A stretch of 63,721 nt of DNA, filler included, from Atractiella rhizophila (lineage: Eukaryota), in NCBI GenBank assembly GCA_021432655.1. It is 5 parts of 5 records of this genome, joined end to end, with 100 filler letters (N's around TTAATTAATTAA, not from the genome) between each part and the next. Parts side by side here need not be neighbours in the genome. Positions count along the whole stretch, not along the records: positions 46,885 to 56,574 come from MU271447.1; positions 56,675 to 59,658 come from MU271455.1; positions 59,759 to 63,721 come from MU271469.1; 2 more parts are not named here. One strand, written 5' to 3'. Positions 48,968 to 63,146 of this stretch are shown one piece after another. The stretch's first letter is position 1. Each line of letters starts with the position of its first letter. A program made the translations under genes and the position numbers. The notes below the pieces were generated by a model. The model was not told the origin of the DNA. It searched no databases and saw only the letters and a program-made list of their open reading frames with translations.

Positions 48968-51900
48968 TTACTCCGTCCTCACCTCCCTCCTCTCACCGAA
49001 CGGCACCAACACCCTTCTCGCCTCCTCCACCAAGCTCGCCAGACGTCTTGCATTGGCCTCGGCGATGACGACCTCCCTTCCAATCTCGACTCCGAATGCT
49101 TCTTTGATGGAGGAAGATATCTTCGCCGCTTGGTCGGGTGTCATGATGGTAAAGTCGTCCGGATCTCCAACTTCCTCCCCTTCTTTCAATTCTGAGATTG
49201 ATTGACTGGGGAGGAGAGAACGTGCGCTGTGTGGCACCAGCGATGGTGATAGAGATAGAGAGTGGGAGATATTGGAGAGGAGAGCGGTGTGGATCGTTTC
49301 AAGCGTGACCGGGGTAGTAGGCTTTGTTACTACGAGAGAATGAGAAGAGACAATCGAGGCAGGGCAGACATGACCAACCGTAAATCTCTATCGGTCCAAC
49401 TCGTGCCATAACGTTATGTTTTCCATCATGATGATATCTAAACTCGTAACTATTCTCGGGAAGCCCCAATCAGGCATTTATATGTGGAAGGTAGAAGATC
49501 ACAAACCTTCCAGGGCGACTCGGCAGTCTTTCATCCTTGAAGACTACAGTCCCCTCCCCTCCTTCTCGTCCCTTCTCCCCAACATAATCGTTACCGCTCC
49601 ATTCTTCACCAAAAACCCCAGTCCACTTTCCGTCACTAACGATGGTCGTCATCAATTTCGACTTGTTGTCTCCTACGCGATAGATCCCGATCCAGTCCTT
49701 TCTCGAGTGGTTTGATGGCGCACACCAACGAAGAGTGATAGGTGAGCCGAGGTGGAACCTATGTGGTGGGGGACTGCTGATAGACAGGGAATACTTTGAA
49801 GTATCATAAGATGACATATCGGCTGCTACCCGGCTGGGAGGGCGTCAGCGCAAGAAAAGAAGAAGCAGCAAGCAACTTACGTGATGAGCAGACGTTGTCC
49901 TGATTCTTGAATCAGCAACCTCGTGTTCTCGACCACGCCTGATAACTTTGGAGCAGCTGTCGAACCCAGTTTAAGGACTTTAAAAAGCCGTGAGAAAGGA
50001 CTTACATTTCTCTAGAAATTCGTCCACTTCATGGGCAATCTCATTAGTAACTTTCTCAATTGTCCCTTGCACTTCCTTGACCACTTTGGTCAACTTAGGT
50101 ACCCTTCTCTCTACGCTCTTCTCCGTTACCTTCCTGAGAGTTTTCGTCACCCCCGCTTCCTTCCTAATGGCATTTCCATACAAGCGTTGCATGTGAGGAT
50201 TCTCCACGAAGGAAAGGAACCACCAGTGAGAAAGGACCGAGAAAACGGCGAGAGCGAGGACGAGTTTACTACCGCTTATCAGGGCGAGACCGAAGAAAGC
50301 AGCCCCTCCCATGAGACGTTCAGGATTGTTGAGGAAGCGATAAATCCCCGTGTAATAAAGGGAGCTTGGATAGTCCTCAATAAAGAAATCGCCATACGTC
50401 CATCCGAAAGGTCCCAAGACTTCATACGCCGATTGTGCGGCCCAAACATGTAAAGCAATGAGCATCTACGTTTGAGTCAATAATCCGATTGCCTTAGGGA
50501 ATGAAGTTGAGACATACCACTCCCATGGTATAGCGCATAAGCTCCGTCCCGAAGGTCGATTCAAGAGATTTTCCCGAAAGTCTCCAGGCAAGCCCAATGA
50601 AAGACGCATATGTCATGCAGAGGCTGAGGTTGTATATGCTCTTCCAATTCCTGAAAGCCTCTTCGACGGCTCCACCACCATAATTTTTGAGAAATTGTCG
50701 GACGAGCCATTTGCTCGTGCTCTGGGCACGAAGCATCACTCCTAAACCGAAGCTGAGGAAGATGCGCCAAAAGAAAGCATTCGCGAAAATGAGAGCGGTC
50801 TGAACTGTTGTGGAGAAAGATGGAAAGACCGCGAAAAGGGAGCAATAGGCAAGAACGAGTGCCAAGGCAAAGTCGTGAGCCCTAAAGTTAAATCAGTTAG
50901 CTCCAACCACTGTGCAAAAGAGCATGGCGTACCTTAGAGGATCCCAATTCTTGAAGACAATCAACTCCTTCCCGTTGTTGAAGTAACGATTATCGAGATC
51001 ATGCTTCGTCCACACAGTCCTCAGTCGCGATCTTCCCCTCCTCTCCACCATATTCCACTGTTCACTATTCGGCGCGCTCTCGCTCCTCCCACGGTTTCTT
51101 CTATCCTCTTCCTCGCCTTCCGTCTCCGTCTCATCCGCGGTTTCGCATGGCGTGGTCGCTTCTTCCTTCTCCGCCTCCGGGTCGAAGATGGATGCGGCTG
51201 CAGTGTGAACGGAAGACGAAGGAGACAGCGCTCTTTCCTTCGATGGAAGAACTTCTGCTTCTTGCACTTTCGATGACGACACTGTGGGGATATTTGACGA
51301 GCTTGGGAGGCGCAATGGCACACGAGCGGCCAAAGGCTTCTTCTCTCCATAAGTTCGTTCAATGTCTATCCCAATGTGGTTTCAGTCTAACCGCGAAGGG
51401 AAAGCCAACGGGAGACGTACGTGGATTTTCGAACCAGACCAGAAACGCGAACTGGCATGCGTGAGCCACGAGGGAGACGAAGAAAACGGTCTCTGAGCAG
51501 ACAATCAAAGAAAGACCATAGTACCCAGCATATCCCACGGAGTACTGGGGAGAACCAAGTAAGTTTGACCAACTGGTAAGTGAACCTGACGTACCATTGG
51601 ATGAGGAGCCATTTCGAAAACGCCGTCGAAGACCAGTTCCTGGAGGGTAAGAAAGAATGCATCGCCTGTGTCACAGATTGTTAAAAATACCAAGGTAAAG
51701 ATAGGAAGGAGAAAACGGACCCCAAAACCAGGCGTAGTCTTTGACTACGCGGTGAGCATCAACTTTGACCCAAAGATTGAAGCCGATAAGGCTCCAGCCA
51801 CCTACCCATCGAATAACATGGAAAAGGACTGAGTGACCAGCCGGGAATTGAAGCCAAGAGACCGCGAAGAAACAGCTACATGACTGGTCAGCACTGGAGT

Positions 51901-53504
51901 CCCATGAGAGACGAAGACTTACTAGGATAGGAAGTCATTCATCAAGATGATGTCGACGAGATGACGAAACAGTAGCCAGACGTTGTATTCTAGAGGGAGA
52001 GACTGCAAACAGCCATGAGTCAGTAAGTTGAGAGCTGGTTGCAGGAGATTGATTCTCAGCGCTAAGCAAGCGTATGTACAGGAGGTGATCCCCAATAACA
52101 TGGATAAGGAGAATGAGCTTGATACATAGGTTGATGAAAATTGAGAAGCAAATGGGGACCTCCATCAGTGGGCAGTGTGTTTGACGTGACTCTTCCTGTG
52201 TATGTCAACTGCTTCTCTACTGTGTTCTGATCGATGGAATAGTAACAAAAATATATGGATGTACCAGAACCATCTAGTCCTGATAAGATGCTCGATAGTT
52301 CATAAAACTTAACGACTGTTTGCATTCTCCTCCAATTCTTACAAGGGCATCTTAGTTCTGCATCGTCATCCCTGCAGAAGCCACTTGTGGCAAGAGCGCC
52401 TGAATCCTTCCCAGCTTGCGTAGACTATTGCCATCGCAACTGTGTACAGGCGAAGTGTGTTCACAAATGGGGACCACGAAATGAAAGCGCACAATCTTTG
52501 GATCATGTTTCGCTTGCATTCATGGTCGAGACGGCTTCAGTCTGTGAAAAGAAGTCCACTTCTACTGGCTAATGAGAATCTCACACATTCTCAGACATGT
52601 TCGATGCGAGATCTCAGAACTGTCGTGCTTTCACAAGGAACGCGATTTCACGTGTTGTCTTGATCGATCAGAGGAATCAAATACATGCCTTCCTTTCTGC
52701 AGTTGGTGCATTAGAAGCTGCAACGAATACATAATTTGTCAAACAGCGGAGGTAACTTCCTCAGCAGCGATCACAACCAAACATTGGTCGTGGCACGTGA
52801 AATCAGACCCAACATTGCATGCCTGCAGGACACGGAGTGCATTCTCCATCCAAGCAAAATCATCTGAACTTTTCTGGAGCTTCAGCTTGAAGAAAAACCG
52901 AAAGCAGAAGCGACTGATTCCAATTTGAACGTAAGGATGAAAGACTCACCTCAAAGTTGTAGTCACTTCCCATCTTACACTCTAGCTCTGCCTTGATCCA
53001 ATTCCTAACTCTTGGGTTCTGAGTCTCGTCGAACCAACCCCTCCTCTGTACTTCCCTCACAATCCATCGCCGTTCACTCTGTCTCTTGAGAATCCAACCA
53101 AGACCACCATTGTACGCCGCTCGCCATGCAGCAAAGTAGAGCATGAAGAACCATCTAGCGGTTCCATTTGAGAGCGTAAAGAAGAGGAAGACCTGAATGC
53201 CCAGGAGAAAGAGGAGGAGGATGTCGAGGTGGGACTTGTGCGTCGAAGGAGAGAAGAGGGAGTGCAAAAAGGAGTGCGTCGTTGGCAGAGGAAACACGGT
53301 GCCACCTGGAGTCTTGCCGTATACTATTTTCTCCTTTTTCTCGTTATGGGCCGTCGCTGTCGTTGTCGCTGTGGCTGTCAGGGGAGGAGAAGCGGTTCTG
53401 TCAGTCGACGACTCCCTGCTGCCCCCTTTACTGATGCCCGCAGGACGAGACCTATGCCTGAGATTGGCTGCGTTGGACGTTGACGGGGAAGGCGTTGAGG
53501 CCAT
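48968..53504 (-). CDS. CHO2: Phosphatidylethanolamine N-methyltransferase, multi-exon, with a 947-nt intron at 52003-52949
   Basis: Motifs [88 protein letters not shown] and [11 protein letters not shown]. Confidence 0.96.
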
Positions 53505-54770
53505 CCTGCTGATGGTATAGCTGTTGAAGAAGCAAGCGTCGTCGTTTCGATCGGAAGCTGTTTACCACTCCCGTCTTGGCGGCTACGTGTAGAATAGGGT
53601 TAGGGCTCCTGCTTCCAGCTGCTCTGCTGGAAACGACGAAACGTCGAATTCGAGGCATTCGAAGGTCGCAGGACAAAAGACGGTCTTTCAGGTGCAAGGA
53701 AAGGCGATTGTAGCCCGTTGGTTCACTGAAGAGGCGAAAACTCAGAAGAAAAACGATTGCTCAGCTGCCCCATTGACGGACGAAGGTTGCCCAACGAAGT
53801 CGTGTAATCAAGGTGAATGATCCGTTTCTTGGCCTTTGGATGGTGATGGGTCGCTTTCTCATTTCCTCTCTTATTATTTCATTTCTGTTTGTTCTTGAGC
53901 TCGAGCTTCTTTGAATACCTGCGTACGCAATCATCGCCTGCTTCTTTCAGCGTCATGTCCTTTCAGTGCAGTGGTCCCTCCGTTAGCAAATAGGTTGAAG
54001 CTGTTTTGCTCTTGAATGTGGTTTTGACTTCGCAGTCTACTATACTCACATGATGCGTTTTCTCCGTTTCTTGTCCTTCTCCTTGCGCAGATATAGTGTG
54101 TTGCCTTATTCTGCTTCTCTCTGACATTCCCTGCACTTTCCTGCTCGTGATTTTGCCTGAAGGCGTCCCACCAAGAACCACACATACCTTTCATACCCCC
54201 ATATTACTGTGCCAGTAGCTTTTCCTTTCTTATACACCAGTTTCTTTCCAAAAACGTCTCAGAAGACCACAAATTACAAGTCAATATGTGCATACGAAAT
54301 GGCCACTTTGTTTGCCTCGTCATCTTCCATAAGTAGCCGCCTGTTCATATCATTTCTGTGCGGCTAGTTGTTATACATAGCTCTCAATCAAACTGGAAGT
54401 AGCGACAACTTGTCTGTCATTGCATTGAAGCAGTCCTGTCGCCTTTCCTTAACTTTTTTTATTCATTTCCCTTCGGCTACTATTCAGTCGTTCGCATTTT
54501 GTTCTCGTTAATTCGACACGCATTCATTAATATTATTAGTGTCTGCTACAGTCGAAATGTCCCTCCCCTGTGATCTGTCTCCTTTCCTTCAACACTTGAT
54601 GTTCTCTGTCTCTGTCTCGCATTGCATGGATGTCCGTCAGTGACTTACCCTTCATTTTGCAAATACAGTATAGTCATCACACCTCCCTGCACACTAGGCC
54701 TCACCTTCCTCGGTAGACTCTCACCTCAGCACTATCTGACATTGACCAGGCAGCCTCCACGGTTATCAGA

Positions 54771-56574
54771 ATGGAAGACGACCAACCCTACTCCCCTTCC
54801 TACTCTCCAGGAGGCGGAGCTGATCGCTCACCCTCACCTCTTGCTCCACCTGCTCCAGCCGTCGAACAAACGGAGGAAGAAGAGGACCGCGAAGACGTCA
54901 TCTCCCTCGGCGCCTCTCCCCCGCCCCTTCCCCAATCCGAACCAGACTTTCCTTCCCGCAAAAATTCCTTCCTCGACAATGTCCCCCCAGTCCAGTCGGG
55001 CCCCAATAGTCCCGAAATGCAAATGACACCACAGGGTGGACAGAAGAGGGATCTCCCGAGGGGTATGAAGACTGTGCCCGCGAGACCAGGGATGAGGACG
55101 TCGATGGGCGAGGAGAGCAGGACGGTGGATCTAACTCTGCCCCCTAAAGTCCGTCCAATCTTCTCATCCTTTCCAGCCGTCTTTGTTGATCCTGAAGGAC
55201 GAATTAAAGCCCGTGACGTCCCTCCCTCCACCTCCGCACCATCTCCCCCCTCCACCTTCTCAACATCCTCATCAGCTCCATTCCAACTCTTCATCCTCGC
55301 CCAACGTCCAACACCAATCGAACACGGCTGCGGCGATCGCGTCCCTCCGAGCAAACATTGTGCAGCTCCAAGATGCGAACAAGGCTTTGAAGACGGCGTT
55401 GGAGGGGATGGAACAGAGGGAGAATGATGAGTTGCAGAGGTTGAAGAGGGAGGTAGGAGAGCTGAGGAGGGAGAATGAACACTTGGGAGATGTTCTCGTT
55501 AAGGAGGACGTGGAGGGATTGAAGAGGACCTTGGAGAAGGAGAAGGAGATAAGGAAGAGAATGGAAGGTGCACTCAAGGGTTCGTCCAACTCTGCTCTGT
55601 TGAGTTACACGTGATATTCATTCACGGTATTGATGTAGAAGGACGAAGTATGATCCGAGAACTGGACGCCGGTATGGAAGAAGCGACCCTGCTGCTAATA
55701 CAGCAAAAAGAAGACATCGAAACCCTAGAACGACGACTGGAGACTCAGGAGGAAAGGGAGCGAAAGCTGGAGCGTGAATTGGAGCGGGAGAAGAAGGAGC
55801 ATCGGAAGCGAGAAAGCACTCCTCCGAGACGAGAACGAGGACTGGATCGCGAACGCGAAAGAGAGTCTCATGCTCGCAAGTCCACCTGGAGGGAGAGGTC
55901 GCGGTCGCCGATCAGGGAGAGGGAAAGGATGAGGTCTAGGTCGCCAGTCCCTCGGGAAAGGGTTAGGTCCCGCTCACCCTTCAGAGAGAGGAGGAGATCG
56001 AGGTCCCCTCAGAGGGAAAGGGAGAGGGAGAGGGAAGGGAGAAGGGGAAGGAATGACCGAAGCCGGAGTCAGGCGAGGGAGCGGGAGAGGAGGAGAGAAT
56101 CCGAACGGATTAGCAGTAGGAGGGATGAGACGAATGGGCGGCCGCATCTTTCACGAGATGATGGTCGTGATCGGGACCGGGATAGGGACACGGAGAGGCG
56201 AAGGGAAAGGGAAAAGGAAGAGAAAGAGAGGAGCAGGAGCAGGACTCGCCGTTTGGAGGACTCTGATTCTGTCGATAGACGAGTGCTGAAGCGGTCCGCG
56301 CCAGACGAAGGAATGGACGAAAGGGCAGAACGAAAGAGGTACAGAGAGGACTCACACCAGTCTCGCCACTCTCATCGCGACCGCGATCGCTCCCCATCGT
56401 TTGACCTCGACCTGGATCACATCGCGGAGGAAGACTCGAGATCGCGGCGGGAGAGATCGTACGACGTGGAGCGGAGAATGGACGGTGGTCGTGAAAACGA
56501 TCGATCGCCTCGGCAGCTTGTGAAAGATGAATACGACGATGGCGGCCGTGATGTTCGTACTACCCAGGAGGAAG
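54771..56574 (+). CDS. Hypothetical Pro-rich, coiled-coil, RS/RE-repeat protein; 3' truncated by contig end
   Basis: Three ORF segments joined by short introns (~55149-55198, ~55580-55638), with a coiled coil then RSRSP repeats. Confidence 0.7.
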
Positions 56575-56674
56575 NNNNNNNNNNNNNNNNNNNNNNNNNN
56601 NNNNNNNNNNNNNNNNNNTTAATTAATTAANNNNNNNNNNNNNNNNNNNNNNNNNNNNNNNNNNNNNNNNNNNN
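56575..56674. other. Artificial contig linker
   Basis: N44-TTAATTAATTAA-N44. Confidence 0.97.
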
Positions 56675-56848
56675 AAACGCGCTACCTCCAACCAAGCCAC
56701 TGGGAAATTTTGAGATATTGCCTTGAGAGTTATCAGGAGAAGTGAGAGGAGAATCGTAATTAGTCGTCGAAGGCGATACTGAACTTTGAGGGGAGTTGTC
56801 GAGGAACATGGTATTGGGACCCGTGGAAGAGTGATTGAGGTCGGCCAT
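56675..56848 (-). CDS. 5' fragment of an unknown Ser/Pro-rich protein cut by the contig end
   Basis: MADLNHSSTGPNTMFLDNSPQSSVSPSTTNYDSPLTSPDNS runs into the linker. Confidence 0.45.
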
Positions 56849-58439
56849 TCTGCTTTGATTTGCTTTGCAACTTACTTTGAGCGGACTGAAAAAATCGAAA
56901 CGATTGTCGACGAAGATCAAAGGAAAAACGCCCCTGTCTCTTTTAACTGGCTGGAGATTGTTGCTCTAAACTTTAAATCACTAACACGAAGGGGACGCGT
57001 CGACTGAGTGACACACGCAACACGTGGAATTTCCCAGGCTCTTTGCACCTGTCCCTTGTTCTAGCTCCTACCCTATTCTATACTGGATAGGCAGTTCATC
57101 GGCGCTTGAAATCCCGTCCCCATCCAGTTGTTGTGATTGGTGGACGCGTCAGCAAGCTGCTGAAAGAAAATCAAAGCGAAGTGAGGATGATTAGCAATAA
57201 TGAATAAATCTAGAAGCTCTGCTAAAGCTCAGTATGTAGCAAAGGATAACACAACTGTTCTTTTCGATAATAACACGATCATGGGTTACTTCCTTCCCCT
57301 GACTCACGTGCACTAAGTCGCCATTGCATCGTGGAAGACCTCAGTCAGCTCGAAGCTGTTGGAGGCAATCTATGAACTGAATCAAAGCTGGGGACAAGTA
57401 TAACTGGACGAGTTCTCACGCGCTGCACCATTGCAGGTCGATGGATCAGAAACGAATTATGGTAGTTAGTTGTCTGTCAGTGAACAGGATGACTTGCTCG
57501 CGTGTTTCAGAGCAGAGCTTTGGAGGGCATTTGCATTGAAAGTCCATCTGTTGTTAATACTTCTCACAATAATCTTGTTTGCAATGGGCACTGTAGCTCA
57601 ACAACCACCAACAGGTTAAGTCACAGTGTTACGCTGTCTGTCATGAACAGCACTCTTGACGTGGCTGCTAGCTGCTACTTTTAGCCCACCATTCATGGAC
57701 ACGCGCATCTTTTGCTCCATTCTCCTCATTTCTGCCCAATAAACCAGACATTTTGTCGACCGAGTGAAGTCCTATTGATAAACGGGACGGAATCGTTGGA
57801 TAAGAACGACGCTCCCTGATCAATGGTCATAACTTAGAGAAAGAAAGGGAAGGAATAGAGATGAAGTTTGGAAGGACGCCGCTACTGCTCGCTGATAAAG
57901 GTATGTGAAGGGCTGCAAAGGTAACTGGAATATCCCTCTGCGCGCAATACTGATTGTTTCGGTGGTGTCATTGCCCAATTAAGCTCTTTCATGAGCTAAA
58001 CCGCTTCAAAGCAAACGGTTGTGAAAGTTTTACATTAAAGCCCTTGGTGGAAGCTTTAAATACTGTGTTGCACTGGCGCTGTCAAGTTCATGCTTCAAGT
58101 TCTCATCAAACCTGAAACATAACTTGTTGGTATGGACTCCGACAACAGAACTTTTGATATGTGATAGCCAACAGGCAACGCTGGATGCTGGGCAAAGCTT
58201 GACCAGCTTGGTTGGATGTGCAAAGGAACTGAGCTTAGACAGCAGAAGCCAAAGCGGGGGCGGCGCAGAAAGTGGAGTCGATTCGAAGGTGCCATGCCGG
58301 CCGGAAGTTGTTTCTCTGGTTCCACCAATCAAAAGCTAAGAAGTTCTCGGTTTCGACACACGCGGTTCCTCTCAAAAGTCCTGGACGAAGCAGCTCACAC
58401 TCTTTTCCCCAGCTACTTCCCTTCGCTGCAACTCCAGAA

Positions 58440-59658
58440 ATGTCCATCAGATCCTCGCCAATAGGCGTCCCGGCCCAAACAGCACATCCCTTCTTCGCCC
58501 CCAAATCATGGTCTTCGGTAGACGTCGGCATGAGCAAGAATGCTGTCGTGACCAGCGTTCTAGCACTTGTAGTATCGCTTTTGGTGCTCGAACAGATCGT
58601 TTACAGGAATAAAAAGGGCATTCTTCCAGGTGGGTTCTTCGTCATAAATTTTTGGTTTGGGTAAACAAGTTGTTTATGTGGTTCGGTGACGGTGTTAGGC
58701 GCCAAATGGACAATTCCTGTCATTGGAAAGTTCGCTGACAGCTTGAATCCCACCATTCACAACTACAAGAAGTCGTGGGAGAAGCCACTCTTCGCTGTCA
58801 GCGTATTCAACATGTGCGTCTTTGTCATCAGAAAGAGCTCGCATTTGTGAGACAGTTGAGCAGATTCATTGTTATCGCGTCGTCTGTGGACTATACGAGG
58901 AAGATTCTTCACGCTTCGTCGCACGCCGAGCCCTGCTTGACTGCGTCTGCGAAGAAGGTGCTGCTCGCCGACAACTGGTATGTTTCCGCCTTGGCAAACT
59001 CAGAAGCAATTGCTCAACGCGACTTTCGTTTCAAGGGTCTTCCTAAATGGAAAAGCACACGCTGAATACCGTAAAGGTCTGAATGTCTTATTCACCAGGA
59101 CTGCTCTGGAGTAAGTAACTTGATCCAAGCCCCATCAAACTGACGAGTGACTCTTAGGTCCTACATGCCCACTCTTGAAGGCGTTTTCCGAAGTTATTTC
59201 AATAGATGGCTTGCTGACAAGGATGGACCCAAGCCCTACGCGATGGAATTCCGCGATTTGAACATGGAAGTCTCGCTCAAAATTTTCTGCGGACGCTACA
59301 TCGATGACGAAGCTGGCAAGCTGATCGCGAAGAACTACTACCTCATCTCCACCGCTCTCGAGCTTGTCAACTTCCCTCTCGCTATCCCGGGAACCAAGAT
59401 CTACAACGCCATCCAAGCGCGCAAGCTGGCCATGAAATGGTTCATGAAGACTGCCGCTGAGTCTAAGGTTCGAATGGCAGCTGGTGAGGAGCCGGATTGC
59501 TTGGTCGATCGTTGGGTCAAGGCGATGATCGATGCAAGGGAATACGAGGCTGCCAAGAAGGCTGGAAGGGAGGCGGGAGAGAGTTACATGAGTTCAGAGT
59601 CGAGGGCTGCTCTCATTCGAGAGTTTTCGGACAAGGAAATCGGGATGGCCGTCATGTC
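58440..59658 (+). CDS. ERG5: Sterol C-22 desaturase CYP61, 3' truncated by contig end
   Basis: LLVLEQIVYRNKKG-LPG, IPVIGKFADSLNP, VSVFN, DNW|VFLNGKAH, ISTALELVNFPLAIPGTK and REFSDKEI. Confidence 0.95.
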
Positions 59659-59758
59659 NNNNNNNNNNNNNNNNNNNNNNNNNNNNNNNNNNNNNNNNNN
59701 NNTTAATTAATTAANNNNNNNNNNNNNNNNNNNNNNNNNNNNNNNNNNNNNNNNNNNN
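59659..59758. other. Artificial contig linker
   Basis: N44-TTAATTAATTAA-N44. Confidence 0.97.
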
Positions 59759-60459
59759 GAGACTTCTCTCAGGACAACACGGATTTTTACAGGAAATTCT
59801 TCGCCAATCAAGCTTACGTCGCCGAACAGGGCATTGGTGCGCCGAATAAATCTTTTCGTGGGTGACGCGGCTGATAGCAGATATTCAAGGTTCCACTTTC
59901 TGGACTTACAAATGCGAGGTTGGAGCCAGCGTAAGCACTTTCATTAGTGCGCAGAGAACCATAACTAAGACTTCTTTGTTGTGGACGAAGTGGTGCTATA
60001 TGTCGGCCGTCGAGAAGGGTTTCATTCCTGCTAATGCGGCTGATGGAAAGAATGGCAACACATGTTAAACGTCTCCAGTCATCAATCCTTTAACATTCCT
60101 CACATTATCTATTCAAAGTGCCACACGGTCAATAATGTTTCTCTAACAACTAGTATCGAATACTCTCCTTATTACAACGCAAGTTGCACTTGCTTTCACT
60201 CGTTGTAGCTACCATGATTGATCAATGCACCTAACCAGTTGATGTACCTGAAGTCACAGTCCAAATTTGGTTCTCTGAGTTTTAACATGATATGTGTTCG
60301 TTGGGTATATGGACCAATGATAAGGCGTTGATAACACGCTGATAATAAACTCGATAATGAACATTTCTATTCTCCTTAACACCAGAGCATGGAGCGTTCC
60401 GAACCTTATTTCGGCCTCTCAGAAAAATCGCCCTCGCGCCAATCGACCAGTAAACGAAG

Positions 60460-62673
60460 ATGTCTGCACCATCAGCACCTGCAGGGGGAGCGTCCACATC
60501 CACTGCACAGCGGCCATTCAAGGTACATCGGCATCTTTCTCTTCTTGCTGATCCACCTAAAACGGTGTGTAGACTCACGACAAACCCAATGAAGTTCGAT
60601 TGTCCAATTTGACAGCCGCCAAAGGTGAATGATTCTGGTTAAGTCGAAATAAGGACTGGAGATCTGATTGCTCTTTGTTTCGTCAGCTGTTAGCGATGCT
60701 GTTCGAACCTCTCTGGGTCCAAGAGGCATGGACAAGATGGTACGTCGTTTTCTCTTCGCTTACGCGATAGGAGGTTGCAGTTGGGATTGAGTTGGAACGT
60801 ACAGATTCAGAAAAAGGATGGAGAAATTGTGGTGACCAACGATGGTGCTACCATTCTCAAGTGCGTCCTGTGCATCCATGCCGGCTCGAAAGCTGATCAG
60901 AGGTCAGGCACATGTCCGTTATGCATCCAGCTGCACAGATGGTAATTCTTACTGCTGCTGGATTTGAACTTGTGAGCTCACAGATCTTGGTAGCTCGTGG
61001 ACCTCTCTGCCGCACAAGATGTGGAAGCGGGAGATGGAACAACATCTGTCGTTGTCCTCGCTGGCTCTCTCCTCCACGCGGCTGAAAAGCTCCTCGCGAA
61101 AGGAATACATCCCAGTCTCATCGCTGAAGCTTTCACCAAGGCGGGAGAGAAGTGTGTGGAGTTCCTGGAGGATTTGAAGGTCGAGGTCAAGCTTAGTGAG
61201 AAAGATGCGCTTGTGAAAGCTGCTGCCACAAGTCTGAACTCGAAAGTGCGCACCTCTCTGCTCATCTAAACGAGTTTATGTTAATATTTTGGCGATTAGG
61301 TTGTGTCACAGTATTCCAACATCCTCGCTCCGATTGCAGTTTCTGCCGTCCTTCGACTTCTCCCTTCTTCACCTTTGCCGACATCAAAAGAGCCTTCTCC
61401 ACCACAGGTACATCCCCAAAACGTAGATCTGCGCGATATTCGGATTATCAAGAAAGTAGGAGGGACGATCGAAGATACTCAACTTCTCACTGGTCTCGGT
61501 TTGAAACAAAATGTTGTGACAGCAGCTGGTGGACCTACAAGGGTGCAGAAGGCGAAGATCGGGTTAATCCAGTTCCAGCTTAGTCCTCCTAAACCAGATG
61601 TAGGTTTTCACTGTCCTCAAGGTATTACGGCGAAGGTTTTGATGCGGGTGTTGTGCCACCGTGCAGATGGACAACCAAGTCCACATTTCGAACTACCGCC
61701 AGATCGACAAACACATCCAAGAAGAGCGTAAATACCTCCTAAACCTCTGTTCCGTCATCAAGAAAGCGGGCTGCAACGTGCTACTCATCCAAAAGTCCAT
61801 CCTCCGTGACGCAGTCAACGATCTCTCGCTCAACTTCCTCTCGCGTCTCAAAATCGCCGTCGTCAAAGACATTGAAAGGGACGAAATCGAGTTCCTATGC
61901 AAGACCCTTGGCTGCAAACCTATTGCTGGCATCGAGCAGTTTACCGCGGATAAACTGGCGGAGGCTGACCTGTTCGAGGAGACTGAGGAAAATGGAACGA
62001 AGTTGGCTAGGATTTCAGGCATCAAGAACGGGGGCAAGACCTGCTCCATCCTTTGTTCTGGCGCCAACAGCCTCGTCCTTGATGAGAGCGAGAGGAGTAT
62101 CCATGATGCTCTTTGTGTCGTACGTTGTCTGGTAAAGAAGGGGTTCGTCTCTCCGCTTCACTTGAAGGGCTCTACACTCAGGAATTACCAATAGTGCTCT
62201 GATTGCTGGAGGTGGCGCGCCTGAAATCCACATGTCGCGTCTCCTTTCTCAGCACGCACATTCAGTAAAAGGCATCGAGTCCTACTGCTTCCAAGCATAC
62301 TCTGATGCGTTAGAGATCATCCCCGCCACTCTAGCAGAGAATGCAGGCCTGAACCCAATCGCCATCGTCACCGAACTTAGAAACCGTCATTCGAACGGAG
62401 AGAAGACGGCTGGAATCAACGTACGGAAAGTTAGTCGTCTTTTGTCTGCAGGTAACAGGAGACAGGCTGACCACGCTTCTCACTGAACTTTAGGGTTTGA
62501 TCACCAATATTTTGGAGGAAAACGTGTTGCAGCCGCTGTTAGTGACCACCTCCGCTATTCAGCTAGCTACCGAGACGGTTGGGTTGTTGCTCAAGATAGA
62601 CGACTACAGTGCGTTTTCTCCCTTCGTTCCATATTTGTCGTGCTAACTGGAGGTTCTAGGCCCGACGCGCTAG
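60460..62673 (+). CDS. CCT4: T-complex protein 1 subunit delta, multi-exon
   Basis: [78 protein letters not shown] and IAGGGAPE. Confidence 0.97.
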
Positions 62674-63146
62674 ATGTCTATGTACTCAGAAATAAAATGT
62701 GCAATATTTTTAAGCTGCTTCTTGAAAAGCATCCGATGATGAACAAACTTTGGACGAGTCAGAATCCTGCTTTGTTGCCATTGGTTAGTATTTTGAGTAC
62801 ACGTTAAAGGTGACGATCCATAACGAGCATTTTAACGAAGATTTGCTTGGAATAAGAAGAGTAAGAGATGCTGGACGATATTTTTGAGATATAAAGAAGA
62901 AAGGAGCAAGAGAAGAAATTGAAGAATGACGAATTGCCTGGTATCACCTACAGCACTACAACTAAAGCCGCTGGCAACCAATATGACAGGCACTTGAATT
63001 TCAGAATTTCAGAGTAAGAACGCGAAACAAAGCCCTTATTGACACGGAATGCCTCAAATAGCATTGATCACTGCAACCTCAGTTCGCTGCTCCTTTGCCC
63101 CTCCTATCATTGAGCAATTGCAACAGCTCAATCGTCTCTTCGTTCA

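Noticed and set aside
57295..57315. CACGTG E-box upstream of ERG5 as an SREBP site
   Set aside because: A single hexamer more than 1 kb upstream is expected by chance.
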